A stretch of DNA of 64,000 nt, from NCBI RefSeq assembly GCF_009914755.1, contig NC_060937.1, one strand, 5' to 3'. Origin of the DNA: the human T2T-CHM13v2.0 reference genome, Homo sapiens. Positions within the stretch are counted from its first letter, which is position 1. The number at the start of each line of letters is the position of its first letter. The notes under the pieces are model-generated. The model was not told the origin of the DNA. It saw only the letters and a program-made list of their open reading frames with translations, and did not search any database. Positions 27,301 to 42,400 of the stretch are shown here, one piece after another. Position numbers and translations under genes: made by a program.

Positions 27301-30300
27301 TTTCCAACGAAATCATTAGAGCTATCCAAATATCCACTTACAGTTTCTACAAAAAGAGTGTTTCCAAACTGCTGCATCAAAAGAGAGGTTCCACTCTGTT
27401 AGCTGAGTACACACATCACAAACTTGTTTCTGAGAATCCTTCTGTCTCGTTTTTCTGGGAAGATATTTACTTTTTCACCGTAGGCATCAAAGCGCTCCAA
27501 ATGTCCACATCCAGATACTCCAGAAAGAGTGTTTCAAACCTGCTCTATGAAAGGGAATCTTCAACTCTATGAGTTGAATGCAGACATCAGAAAGAAATTT
27601 CTGAGAATGCTGCTGTCTACCTTTTATTTGAATTCCCGCTTCCAACGAAATCCTCCAAGCTATCCAAATATCCACTTGCAGATTCCACAAAAAGAGTGTT
27701 TCAAAACTGCTCTCTATCAATGGCAAAGTTCAACTCTGTTAGTTGAGGACACATATCACCAACAAGTTTCTGAGAATGCTTCTGTCTATTTTTTATGGGA
27801 AGATATTTCCTTTTTCACCGTAGGCGTCAAGGCGATCGAAATGTCCACTTCCACAAACTACAAAAAGAGTGTTTCAAACCTGCTCTATGAAAGGCCATGT
27901 TCATCTCTATGAGTCGAATGGAAATATCCGAAAGAAATTTCTGGGAATGCTGCTGTCTAGTTTTTATACGAATTCCCGCTTCCAACGAAATCCTCAAAGC
28001 AATCCAAATATCCACTTGCAGAATCCACAAAAAGAGTGTTTCAAAACTGCTCTATCAATAGAAAGGTTCAACTCTTTTAGTTGAGTACACACATCACAAA
28101 CAAGTTTCTGAGAATGCTTCTGTCTGGCTTTTATTGGAAGACGTTTCCTTTTCACCAAAGGCATCAAAGCGCTCCAAATGTCCACTTCCAGATTCTTCCA
28201 AAAGAGTGTTTGAAACGTGCTCAAAGTAAGGGAATGTTCAACTCTGTGACTTGAATGCAGATATCACCAAGTAGTTTCTAATAGTGCTTCTGTCTAGATT
28301 TTAGATGATGATATTCCCGTTTCCAACGAAATCGTTAGAGCTATCCAAATATCCACTTACAGTTTCTACAAAAAGAGTGTTTCCAAACTGCTGCATCAAA
28401 AGAAAGGTTCAACTCTGTTAGTTGAGGACACACATCACAAAGAAGTTTGTGAGAATGCTTCTGTCTAGATTTTGTATGACCATATTCCCTTTTCCAGCGA
28501 TATCATTAAAGCAATCTAAATATCCATTTGCAGAATCCACAAAAATAGAGTTTCAAAGCTGCTCTGTAAAAAGAAAGGTTCCACTCTGTTAGCTGAGTAC
28601 ACACATCACAAACTTGTTTCTCAGAATCCTTCTGTCTCGTTTTTATGGGAAGATATTTACTTTTTCACCGTAGGCATCAAAGCGCTCCAAATGTCCACAT
28701 CCAGATACTCCAGAAAGAGTGTTTCAAACCTGCTCTATGAAAGGGAATCTTCAACTCTATGAGTTGAATGCAGACATCAGAAAGAAATTTCTGAGAATGC
28801 TGCTGTCTACCTTTTATTTGAATTCCCGCTTCCAACGAAATCCTCCAAGCTATCCAAATATCCACCTGCATTTTCCACAAAAAGAGCGTTTCAAAACTGC
28901 TCTATCAATAGAAATGTTCAACTCCTTTGGCTGGGTACACACATCACAAACAAGTTTCTGAGAATGCTTCTGTCTAGTTTTTATGGGAAGACATTCCCTT
29001 TTTCACCAAAGGCATCAAAGCGCTCCAAATGTCCACTTCCAGACACTACAAAAAGAGTGTTTCCAACGTGCTCTAAGAAAGCGAATGTTCAACTCTGTGA
29101 CTTGAATGCAGATATCACAAAGTAGTTTCTGAGAGGGCTTCTGTCTAGATTTTAGATGATGATATTCCCGTTTCCAACGAAATCATTAGAGCTATCCAAA
29201 TATCCACTTACAGTTTCTACAAAAAGAGTGTTTCCAAACTGCTGCATCAAAAGAGAGGTTCCACTCTGTTAGCTGAGTACACACATCACAAACTTGTTTC
29301 TCAGAATCCTTCTGTCTCGTTTTTCTGGGAAGATATTTACTTTTTCACCGTAGGCATCAAAGCGCTCCAAATGTCCACATCCAGATACTCCAGAAAGAGT
29401 GTTTCAAACCTGCTCTATGAAAGGGAATCTTCAACTCTATGAGTTGAATGCAGACATCAGAAAGAAATTTCTGAGAATGCTGCTGTCTACCTTTTATTTG
29501 AATTCCCGCTTCCAACGAAATCCTCCAAGCTATCCAAATATCCACTTGCAGATTCCACAAAAAGAGTGTTTCAAAACTGCTCTCTATCAATGGCAAAGTT
29601 CAACTCTGTTAGTTGAGGACACATATCACCAACAAGTTTCTGAGAATGCTTCTGTCTATTTTTTATGGGAAGATATTTCCTTTTTCACCGTAGGCGTCAA
29701 GGCGATCGAAATGTCCACTTCCACAAACTACAAAAAGAGTGTTTCAAACCTGCTCTATGAAAGGCCATGTTCATCTCTATGAGTCGAATGGAAATATCCG
29801 AAAGAAATTTCTGGGAATGCTGCTGTCTAGTTTTTATACGAATTCCCGCTTCCAACGAAATCCTCAAAGCAATCCAAATATCCACTTGCAGAATCCACAA
29901 AAAGAGTGTTTCAAAACTGCTCTATCAATAGAAAGGTTCAACTCTTTTAGTTGAGTACACACATCACAAACAAGTTTCTGAGAATGCTTCTGTCTGGCTT
30001 TTATTGGAAGACGTTTCCTTTTCACCAAAGGCATCAAAGCGCTCCAAATGTCCACTTCCAGATTCTTCCAAAAGAGTGTTTGAAACGTGCTCAAAGTAAG
30101 GGAATGTTCAACTCTGTGACTTGAATGCAGATATCACCAAGTAGTTTCTAATAGTGCTTCTGTCTAGATTTTAGATGATGATATTCCCGTTTCCAACGAA
30201 ATCGTTAGAGCTATCCAAATATCCACTTACAGTTGCTACAAAAACAGTGTTTCCAAACTGCTGCATCAAAAGAAAGGTTCAACTCTGTTAGTTGAGGACA

Positions 30301-33300
30301 CACGTCACAAAGAAGTTTGTGAGAATGCTTCTGTCTAGATTTTGTATGACGATATTCCCTTTTCCAACGATATCATTAAAGCAATCTAAATATCCATTTG
30401 CAGAATCCACAAAAATAGAGTTTCAAAGCTGCTCTGTAAAAAGAAAGGTTCCACTCTGTTAGCTGAGTACACACATCACAAACTTGTTTCTCAGAATCCT
30501 TCTGTCTCGTTTTTATGGGAAGATATTTACTTTTTCACCGTAGGCATCAAAGCGCTCCAAATGTCCACATCCAGATACTCCAGAAAGAGTGTTTCAAACC
30601 TGCTCTATGAAAGGGAATCTTCAACTCTATGAGTTGAATGCAGACATCAGAAAGAAATTTCTGAGAATGCTGCTGTCTACCTTTTATTTGAATTCCCGCT
30701 TCCAACGAAATCCTCCAAGCTATCCAAATATCCACTTGCAGATTCCACAAAAAGAGTGTTTCAAAACTGCTCTCTATCAATGGCAAAGTTCAACTCTGTT
30801 AGTTGAGGACACATATCACCAACAAGTTTCTGAGAATGCTTCTGTCTATTTTTTATGGGAAGATATTTCCTTTTTCACCGTAGGCGTCAAGGCGATCGAA
30901 ATGTCCACTTCCACAAACTACAAAAAGAGTGTTTCAAACCTGCTCTATGAAAGGCCATGTTCATCTCTATGAGTCGAATGGAAATATCCGAAAGAAATTT
31001 CTGGGAATGCTGCTGTCTAGTTTTTATACGAATTCCCGCTTCCAACGAAATCCTCAAAGCAATCCAAATATCCACTTGCAGAATCCACAAAAAGAGTGTT
31101 TCAAAACTGCTCTATCAATAGAAAGGTTCAACTCTTTTAGTTGAGTACACACATCACAAACAAGTTTCTGAGAATGCTTCTGTCTGGCTTTTATTGGAAG
31201 ACGTTTCCTTTTCACCAAAGGCATCAAAGCGCTCCAAATGTCCACTTCCAGATTCTTCCAAAAGAGTGTTTGAAACGTGCTCAAAGTAAGGGAATGTTCA
31301 ACTCTGTGACTTGAATGCAGATATCACCAAGTAGTTTCTAATAGTGCTTCTGTCTAGATTTTAGATGATGATATTCCCGTTTCCAACGAAATCGTTAGAG
31401 CTATCCAAATATCCACTTACAGTTGCTACAAAAACAGTGTTTCCAAACTGCTGCATCAAAAGAAAGGTTCAACTCTGTTAGTTGAGGACACACGTCACAA
31501 AGAAGTTTGTGAGAATGCTTCTGTCTAGATTTTGTATGACGATATTCCCTTTTCCAACGATATCATTAAAGCAATCTAAATATCCATTTGCAGAATCCAC
31601 AAAAATAGAGTTTCAAAGCTGCTCTGTAAAAAGAAAGGTTCCACTCTGTTAGCTGAGTACACACATCACAAACTTGTTTCTCAGAATCCTTCTGTCTCGT
31701 TTTTATGGGAAGATATTTACTTTTTCACCGTAGGCATCAAAGCGCTCCAAATGTCCACATCCAGATACTCCAGAAAGAGTGTTTCAAACCTGCTCTATGA
31801 AAGGGAATCTTCAACTCTATGAGTTGAATGCAGACATCAGAAAGAAATTTCTGAGAATGCTGCTGTCTACCTTTTATTTGAATTCCCGCTTCCAACGAAA
31901 TCCTCCAAGCTATCCAAATATCCACTTGCAGATTCCACAAAAAGAGTGTTTCAAAACTGCTCTCTATCAATGGCAAAGTTCAACTCTGTTAGTTGAGGAC
32001 ACATATCACCAACAAGTTTCTGAGAATGCTTCTGTCTATTTTTTATGGGAAGATATTTCCTTTTTCACCGTAGGCGTCAAGGCGATCGAAATGTCCACTT
32101 CCACAAACTACAAAAAGAGTGTTTCAAACCTGCTCTATGAAAGGCCATGTTCATCTCTATGAGTCGAATGGAAATATCCGAAAGAAATTTCTGGGAATGC
32201 TGCTGTCTAGTTTTTATACGAATTCCCGCTTCCAACGAAATCCTCAAAGCAATCCAAATATCCACTTGCAGAATCCACAAAAAGAGTGTTTCAAAACTGC
32301 TCTATCAATAGAAAGGTTCAACTCTTTTAGTTGAGTACACACATCACAAACAAGTTTCTGAGAATGCTTCTGTCTGGCTTTTATTGGAAGACGTTTCCTT
32401 TTCACCAAAGGCATCAAAGCGCTCCAAATGTCCACTTCCAGATTCTTCCAAAAGAGTGTTTGAAACGTGCTCAAAGTAAGGGAATGTTCAACTCTGTGAC
32501 TTGAATGCAGATATCACCAAGTAGTTTCTAATAGTGCTTCTGTCTAGATTTTAGATGATGATATTCCCGTTTCCAACGAAATCGTTAGAGCTATCCAAAT
32601 ATCCACTTACAGTTGCTACAAAAACAGTGTTTCCAAACTGCTGCATCAAAAGAAAGGTTCAACTCTGTTAGTTGAGGACACACGTCACAAAGAAGTTTGT
32701 GAGAATGCTTCTGTCTAGATTTTGTATGACCATATTCCCTTTTCCAACGATATCGTTAAAGCAATCTAAATATCCATTTGCAGAATCCACAAAAATAGAG
32801 TTTCAAAGCTGCTCTGTAAAAAGAAAGGTTCCACTCTGTTAGCTGAGTACACACATCACAAACTTGTTTCTCAGAATCCTTCTGTCTCGTTTTTCTGGGA
32901 AGATATTTACTTTTTCACCGTAGGCATCAAAGCGCTCCAAATGTCCACATCCAGATACTCCAGAAAGAGTGTTTCAAACCTGCTCTATGAAAGGGAATCT
33001 TCAACTCTATGAGTTGAATGCAGACATCAGAAAGAAATTTCTGAGAATGCTGCTGTCTACCTTTTATTTGAATTCCCGCTTCCAACGAAATCCTCCAAGC
33101 TATCCAAATATCCACTTGCAGATTCCACAAAAAGAGTGTTTCAAAACTGCTCTCTATCAATGGCAAAGTTCAACTCTGTTAGTTGAGGACACATATCACC
33201 AACAAGTTTCTGAGAATGCTTCTGTCTATTTTTTATGGGAAGATATTTCCTTTTTCACCGTAGGCGTCAAGGCGATCGAAATGTCCACTTCCACAAACTA

Positions 33301-35305
33301 CAAAAAGAGTGTTTCAAACCTGCTCTATGAAAGGCCATGTTCATCTCTATGAGTCGAATGGAAATATCCGAAAGAAATTTCTGGGAATGCTGCTGTCTAG
33401 TTTTTATACGAATTCCCGCTTCCAACGAAATCCTCAAAGCAATCCAAATATCCACTTGCAGAATCCACAAAAAGAGTGTTTCAAAACTGCTCTATCAATA
33501 GAAAGGTTCAACTCTTTTAGTTGAGTACACACATCACAAACAAGTTTCTGAGAATGCTTCTGTCTGGCTTTTATTGGAAGACGTTTCCTTTTCACCAAAG
33601 GCATCAAAGCGCTCCAAATGTCCACTTCCAGATTCTTCCAAAAGAGTGTTTGAAACGTGCTCAAAGTAAGGGAATGTTCAACTCTGTGACTTGAATGCAG
33701 ATATCACCAAGTAGTTTCTAATAGTGCTTCTGTCTAGATTTTAGATGATGATATTCCCGTTTCCAACGAAATCGTTAGAGCTATCCAAATATCCACTTAC
33801 AGTTGCTACAAAAACAGTGTTTCCAAACTGCTGCATCAAAAGAAAGGTTCAACTCTGTTAGTTGAGGACACACGTCACAAAGAAGTTTGTGAGAATGCTT
33901 CTGTCTAGATTTTGTATGACGATATTCCCTTTTCCAACGATATCGTTAAAGCAATCTAAATATCCATTTGCAGAATCCACAAAAATAGAGTTTCAAAGCT
34001 GCTCTGTAAAAAGAAAGGTTCCACTCTGTTAGCTGAGTACACACATCACAAACTTGTTTCTCAGAATCCTTCTGTCTCGTTTTTCTGGGAAGATATTTAC
34101 TTTTTCACCGTAGGCATCAAAGCGCTCCAAATGTCCACATCCAGATACTCCAGAAAGAGTGTTTCAAACCTGCTCTATGAAAGGGAATCTTCAACTCTAT
34201 GAGTTGAATGCAGACATCAGAAAGAAATTTCTGAGAATGCTGCTGTCTACCTTTTATTTGAATTCCCGCTTCCAACGAAATCCTCCAAGCTATCCAAATA
34301 TCCACTTGCAGATTCCACAAAAAGAGTGTTTCAAAACTGCTCTCTATCAATGGCAAAGTTCAACTCTGTTAGTTGAGGACACATATCACCAACAAGTTTC
34401 TGAGAATGCTTCTGTCTATTTTTTATGGGAAGATATTTCCTTTTTCACCGTAGGCGTCAAGGCGATCGAAATGTCCACTTCCACAAACTACAAAAAGAGT
34501 GTTTCAAACCTGCTCTATGAAAGGCCATGTTCATCTCTATGAGTCGAATGGAAATATCCGAAAGAAATTTCTGGGAATGCTGCTGTCTAGTTTTTATACG
34601 AATTCCCGCTTCCAACGAAATCCTCAAAGCAATCCAAATATCCACTTGCAGAATCCACAAAAAGAGTGTTTCAAAACTGCTCTATCAATAGAAAGGTTCA
34701 ACTCTTTTAGTTGAGTACACACATCACAAACAAGTTTCTGAGAATGCTTCTGTCTGGTTTTATTGGAAGACGTTTCCTTTTCACCAAAGGCATCAAAGCG
34801 CTCCAAATGTCCACTTCCAGATTCTTCCAAAAGAGTGTTTGAAACGTGCTCAAAGTAAGGGAATGTTCAACTCTGTGACTTGAATGCAGATATCACCAAG
34901 TAGTTTCTAATAGTGCTTCTGTCTAGATTTTAGATGATGATATTCCCGTTTCCAACGAAATCGTTAGAGCTATCCAAATATCCACTTACAGTTTCTACAA
35001 AAAGAGTGTTTCCAAACTGCTGCATCAAAAGAAAGGTTCAACTCTGTTAGTTGAGGACACACATCACAAAGAAGTTTGTGAGAATGCTTCTGTCTAGATT
35101 TTGTATGACCATATTCCCTTTTCCAGCGATATCATTAAAGCAATCTAAATATCCATTTGCAGAATCCACAAAAATAGAGTTTCAAAGCTGCTCTGTAAAA
35201 AGAAAGGTTCCACTCTGTTAGCTGAGTACACACATCACAAACTTGTTTCTCAGAATCCTTCTGTCTCGTTTTTCTGGGAAGATATTTACTTTTTCACCGT
35301 AGGCA

Positions 35306-36493
35306 TCAAAGCGCTCCAAATGTCCACATCCAGATACTCCAGAAAGAGTGTTTCAAACCTGCTCTATGAAAGGGAATCTTCAACTCTATGAGTTGAATGC
35401 AGACATCAGAAAGAAATTTCTGAGAATGCTGCTGTCTACCTTTTATTTGAATTCCCGCTTCCAACGAAATCCTCCAAGCTATCCAAATATCCACCTGCAT
35501 TTTCCACAAAAAGAGCGTTTCAAAACTGCTCTATCAATAGAAATGTTCAACTCCTTTGGCTGGGTACACACATCACAAACAAGTTTCTGAGAATGCTTCT
35601 GTCTATTTTTTATGGGAAGATATTTCCTTTTTCACCGTAGGCGTCAAGGCGATCGAAATGTCCACTTCCACAAACTACAAAAAGAGTGTTTCAAACCTGC
35701 TCTATGAAAGGCCATGTTCATCTCTATGAGTCGAATGGAAATATCCGAAAGAAATTTCTGGGAATGCTGCTGTCTAGTTTTTATACGAATTCCCGCTTCC
35801 AACGAAATCCTCAAAGCAATCCAAATATCCACTTGCAGAATCCACAAAAAGAGTGTTTCAAAACTGCTCTATCAATAGAAAGGTTCAACTCTTTTAGTTG
35901 AGTACACACATCACAAACAAGTTTCTGAGAATGCTTCTGTCTGGCTTTTATTGGAAGACGTTTCCTTTTCACCAAAGGCATCAAAGCGCTCCAAATGTCC
36001 ACTTCCAGATTCTTCCAAAAGAGTGTTTGAAACGTGCTCAAAGTAAGGGAATGTTCAACTCTGTGACTTGAATGCAGATATCACCAAGTAGTTTCTAATA
36101 GTGCTTCTGTCTAGATTTTAGATGATGATATTCCCGTTTCCAACGAAATCGTTAGAGCTATCCAAATATCCACTTACAGTTGCTACAAAAACAGTGTTTC
36201 CAAACTGCTGCATCAAAAGAAAGGTTCAACTCTGTTAGTTGAGGACACACGTCACAAAGAAGTTTGTGAGAATGCTTCTGTCTAGATTTTGTATGACGAT
36301 ATTCCCTTTTCCAACGATATCGTTAAAGCAATCTAAATATCCATTTGCAGAATCCACAAAAATAGAGTTTCAAAGCTGCTCTGTAAAAAGAAAGGTTCCA
36401 CTCTGTTAGCTGAGTACACACATCACAAACTTGTTTCTCAGAATCCTTCTGTCTCGTTTTTCTGGGAAGATATTTACTTTTTCACCGTAGGCA
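35306..36493 (-). repeat. Hybrid 7-monomer unit (1188 bp)
   Basis: It starts as a 4-block and switches to 7-block sequence between 35578 and 35605. Confidence 0.9.
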
Positions 36494-39400
36494 TCAAAGC
36501 GCTCCAAATGTCCACATCCAGATACTCCAGAAAGAGTGTTTCAAACCTGCTCTATGAAAGGGAATCTTCAACTCTATGAGTTGAATGCAGACATCAGAAA
36601 GAAATTTCTGAGAATGCTGCTGTCTACCTTTTATTTGAATTCCCGCTTCCAACGAAATCCTCCAAGCTATCCAAATATCCACTTGCAGATTCCACAAAAA
36701 GAGTGTTTCAAAACTGCTCTCTATCAATGGCAAAGTTCAACTCTGTTAGTTGAGGACACATATCACCAACAAGTTTCTGAGAATGCTTCTGTCTATTTTT
36801 TATGGGAAGATATTTCCTTTTTCACCGTAGGCGTCAAGGCGATCGAAATGTCCACTTCCACAAACTACAAAAAGAGTGTTTCAAACCTGCTCTATGAAAG
36901 GCCATGTTCATCTCTATGAGTCGAATGGAAATATCCGAAAGAAATTTCTGGGAATGCTGCTGTCTAGTTTTTATACGAATTCCCGCTTCCAACGAAATCC
37001 TCAAAGCAATCCAAATATCCACTTGCAGAATCCACAAAAAGAGTGTTTCAAAACTGCTCTATCAATAGAAAGGTTCAACTCTTTTAGTTGAGTACACACA
37101 TCACAAACAAGTTTCTGAGAATGCTTCTGTCTGGCTTTTATTGGAAGACGTTTCCTTTTCACCAAAGGCATCAAAGCGCTCCAAATGTCCACTTCCAGAT
37201 TCTTCCAAAAGAGTGTTTGAAACGTGCTCAAAGTAAGGGAATGTTCAACTCTGTGACTTGAATGCAGATATCACCAAGTAGTTTCTAATAGTGCTTCTGT
37301 CTAGATTTTAGATGATGATATTCCCGTTTCCAACGAAATCGTTAGAGCTATCCAAATATCCACTTACAGTTGCTACAAAAACAGTGTTTCCAAACTGCTG
37401 CATCAAAAGAAAGGTTCAACTCTGTTAGTTGAGGACACACGTCACAAAGAAGTTTGTGAGAATGCTTCTGTCTAGATTTTGTATGACGATATTCCCTTTT
37501 CCAACGATATCGTTAAAGCAATCTAAATATCCATTTGCAGAATCCACAAAAATAGAGTTTCAAAGCTGCTCTGTAAAAAGAAAGGTTCCACTCTGTTAGC
37601 TGAGTACACACATCACAAACTTGTTTCTGAGAATCCTTCTGTCTCGTTTTTATGGGAAGATATTTACTTTTTCACTGTAGGCATCAAAGCGCTCCAAATG
37701 TCCACATCCAGATACTCCAGAAAGAGTGTTTCAAACCTGCTCTATGAAAGGGAATCTTCAACTCTATGAGTTGAATGCAGACATCAGAAAGAAATTTCTG
37801 AGAATGCTGCTGTCTACCTTTTATTTGAATTCCCGCTTCCAACGAAATCCTCCAAGCTATCCAAATATCCACTTGCAGATTCCACAAAAAGAGTGTTTCA
37901 AAACTGCTCTCTATCAATGGCAAAGTTCAACTCTGTTAGTTGAGGACACATATCACCAACAAGTTTCTGAGAATGCTTCTGTCTATTTTTTATGGGAAGA
38001 TATTTCCTTTTTCACCGTAGGCGTCAAGGCGATCGAAATGTCCACTTCCACAAACTACAAAAAGAGTGTTTCAAACCTGCTCTATGAAAGGCCATGTTCA
38101 TCTCTATGAGTCGAATGGAAATATCCGAAAGAAATTTCTGGGAATGCTGCTGTCTAGTTTTTATACGAATTCCCGCTTCCAACGAAATCCTCAAAGCAAT
38201 CCAAATATCCACTTGCAGAATCCACAAAAAGAGTGTTTCAAAACTGCTCTATCAATAGAAAGGTTCAACTCTTTTAGTTGAGTACACACATCACAAACAA
38301 GTTTCTGAGAATGCTTCTGTCTGGCTTTTATTGGAAGACGTTTCCTTTTCACCAAAGGCATCAAAGCGCTCCAAATGTCCACTTCCAGATTCTTCCAAAA
38401 GAGTGTTTGAAACGTGCTCAAAGTAAGGGAATGTTCAACTCTGTGACTTGAATGCAGATATCACCAAGTAGTTTCTAATAGTGCTTCTGTCTAGATTTTA
38501 GATGATGATATTCCCGTTTCCAACGAAATCGTTAGAGCTATCCAAATATCCACTTACAGTTTCTACAAAAAGAGTGTTTCCAAACTGCTGCATCAAAAGA
38601 AAGGTTCAACTCTGTTAGTTGAGGACACACGTCACAAAGAAGTTTGTGAGAATGCTTCTGTCTAGATTTTGTATGACCATATTCCCTTTTCCAGCGATAT
38701 CATTAAAGCAATCTAAATATCCATTTGCAGAATCCACAAAAATAGAGTTTCAAAGCTGCTCTGTAAAAAGAAAGGTTCCACTCTGTTAGCTGAGTACACA
38801 CATCACAAACTTGTTTCTCAGAATCCTTCTGTCTCGTTTTTCTGGGAAGATATTTACTTTTTCACCGTAGGCATCAAAGCGCTCCAAATGTCCACATCCA
38901 GATACTCCAGAAAGAGTGTTTCAAACCTGCTCTATGAAAGGGAATCTTCAACTCTATGAGTTGAATGCAGACATCAGAAAGAAATTTCTGAGAATGCTGC
39001 TGTCTACCTTTTATTTGAATTCCCGCTTCCAACGAAATCCTCCAAGCTATCCAAATATCCACCTGCATTTTCCACAAAAAGAGCGTTTCAAAACTGCTCT
39101 ATCAATAGAAATGTTCAACTCCTTTGGCTGGGTACACACATCACAAACAAGTTTCTGAGAATGCTTCTGTCTAGTTTTTATGGGAAGACATTCCCTTTTT
39201 CACCAAAGGCATCAAAGCGCTCCAAATGTCCACTTCCAGACACTACAAAAAGAGTGTTTCCAACGTGCTCTAAGAAAGCGAATGTTCAACTCTGTGACTT
39301 GAATGCAGATATCACAAAGTAGTTTCTGAGAGGGCTTCTGTCTAGATTTTAGATGATGATATTCCCGTTTCCAACGAAATCATTAGAGCTATCCAAATAT

Positions 39401-42400
39401 CCACTTACAGTCTCTACAAAAAGAGTGTTTCCAAACTGCTGCATCAAAAGAGAGGTTCCACTCTGTTAGCTGAGTACACACATCACAAACTTGTTTCTCA
39501 GAATCCTTCTGTCTCGTTTTTCTGGGAAGATATTTACTTTTTCACCGTAGGCATCAAAGCGCTCCAAATGTCCACATCCAGATACTCCAGAAAGAGTGTT
39601 TCAAACCTGCTCTATGAAAGGGAATCTTCAACTCTATGAGTTGAATGCAGACATCAGAAAGAAATTTCTGAGAATGCTGCTGTCTACCTTTTATTTGAAT
39701 TCCCGCTTCCAACGAAATCCTCCAAGCTATCCAAATATCCACTTGCAGATTCCACAAAAAGAGTGTTTCAAAACTGCTCTCTATCAATGGCAAAGTTCAA
39801 CTCTGTTAGTTGAGGACACATATCACCAACAAGTTTCTGAGAATGCTTCTGTCTATTTTTTATGGGAAGATATTTCCTTTTTCACCGTAGGCGTCAAGGC
39901 GATCGAAATGTCCACTTCCACAAACTACAAAAAGAGTGTTTCAAACCTGCTCTATGAAAGGCCATGTTCATCTCTATGAGTCGAATGGAAATATCCGAAA
40001 GAAATTTCTGGGAATGCTGCTGTCTAGTTTTTATACGAATTCCCGCTTCCAACGAAATCCTCAAAGCAATCCAAATATCCACTTGCAGAATCCACAAAAA
40101 GAGTGTTTCAAAACTGCTCTATCAATAGAAAGGTTCAACTCTTTTAGTTGAGTACACACATCACAAACAAGTTTCTGAGAATGCTTCTGTCTGGCTTTTA
40201 TTGGAAGACGTTTCCTTTTCACCAAAGGCATCAAAGCGCTCCAAATGTCCACTTCCAGATTCTTCCAAAAGAGTGTTTGAAACGTGCTCAAAGTAAGGGA
40301 ATGTTCAACTCTGTGACTTGAATGCAGATATCACCAAGTAGTTTCTAATAGTGCTTCTGTCTAGATTTTAGATGATGATATTCCCGTTTCCAACGAAATC
40401 GTTAGAGCTATCCAAATATCCACTTACAGTTGCTACAAAAACAGTGTTTCCAAACTGCTGCATCAAAAGAAAGGTTCAACTCTGTTAGTTGAGGACACAC
40501 GTCACAAAGAAGTTTGTGAGAATGCTTCTGTCTAGATTTTGTATGACGATATTCACTTTTCCAACGATATCGTTACAGCAATCTAAATATCCATTTGCAG
40601 AATCCACAAAAATAGAGTTTCAAAGCTGCTCTGTAAAAAGAAAGGTTCCACTCTGTTAGCTGAGTACACACATCACAAACTTGTTTCTCAGAATCCTTCT
40701 GTCTCGTTTTTCTGGGAAGATATTTACTTTTTCACCGTAGGCATCAAAGCGCTCCAAATGTCCACATCCAGATACTCCAGAAAGAGTGTTTCAAACCTGC
40801 TCTATGAAAGGGAATCTTCAACTCTATGAGTTGAATGCAGACATCAGAAAGAAATTTCTGAGAATGCTGCTGTCTACCTTTTATTTGAATTCCCGCTTCC
40901 AACGAAATCCTCCAAGCTATCCAAATATCCACTTGCAGATTCCACAAAAAGAGTGTTTCAAAACTGCTCTCTATCAATGGCAAAGTTCAACTCTGTTAGT
41001 TGAGGACACATATCACCAACAAGTTTCTGAGAATGCTTCTGTCTATTTTTTATGGGAAGATATTTCCTTTTTCACCGTAGGCGTCAAGGCGATCGAAATG
41101 TCCACTTCCACAAACTACAAAAAGAGTGTTTCAAACCTGCTCTATGAAAGGCCATGTTCATCTCTATGAGTCGAATGGAAATATCCGAAAGAAATTTCTG
41201 GGAATGCTGCTGTCTAGTTTTTATACGAATTCCCGCTTCCAACGAAATCCTCAAAGCAATCCAAATATCCACTTGCAGAATCCACAAAAAGAGTGTTTCA
41301 AAACTGCTCTATCAATAGAAAGGTTCAACTCTTTTAGTTGAGTACACACATCACAAACAAGTTTCTGAGAATGCTTCTGTCTGGCTTTTATTGGAAGACG
41401 TTTCCTTTTCACCAAAGGCATCAAAGCGCTCCAAATGTCCACTTCCAGATTCTTCCAAAAGAGTGTTTGAAACGTGCTCAAAGTAAGGGAATGTTCAACT
41501 CTGTGACTTGAATGCAGATATCACCAAGTAGTTTCTAATAGTGCTTCTGTCTAGATTTTAGATGATGATATTCCCGTTTCCAACGAAATCGTTAGAGCTA
41601 TCCAAATATCCACTTACAGTTTCTACAAAAAGAGTGTTTCCAAACTGCTGCATCAAAAGAAAGGTTCAACTCTGTTAGTTGAGGACACACGTCACAAAGA
41701 AGTTTGTGAGAATGCTTCTGTCTAGATTTTGTATGACCATATTCCCTTTTCCAGCGATATCATTAAAGCAATCTAAATATCCATTTGCAGAATCCACAAA
41801 AATAGAGTTTCAAAGCTGCTCTGTAAAAAGAAAGGTTCCACTCTGTTAGCTGAGTACACACATCACAAACTTGTTTCTCAGAATCCTTCTGTCTCGTTTT
41901 TCTGGGAAGATATTTACTTTTTCACCGTAGGCATCAAAGCGCTCCAAATGTCCACATCCAGATACTCCAGAAAGAGTGTTTCAAACCTGCTCTATGAAAG
42001 GGAATCTTCAACTCTATGAGTTGAATGCAGACATCAGAAAGAAATTTCTGAGAATGCTGCTGTCTACCTTTTATTTGAATTCCCGCTTCCAACGAAATCC
42101 TCCAAGCTATCCAAATATCCACCTGCATTTTCCACAAAAAGAGCGTTTCAAAACTGCTCTATCAATAGAAATGTTCAACTCCTTTGGCTGGGTACACACA
42201 TCACAAACAAGTTTCTGAGAATGCTTCTGTCTAGTTTTTATGGGAAGACATTCCCTTTTTCACCAAAGGCATCAAAGCGCTCCAAATGTCCACTTCCAGA
42301 CACTACAAAAAGAGTGTTTCCAACGTGCTCTAAGAAAGCGAATGTTCAACTCTGTGACTTGAATGCAGATATCACAAAGTAGTTTCTGAGAGGGCTTCTG

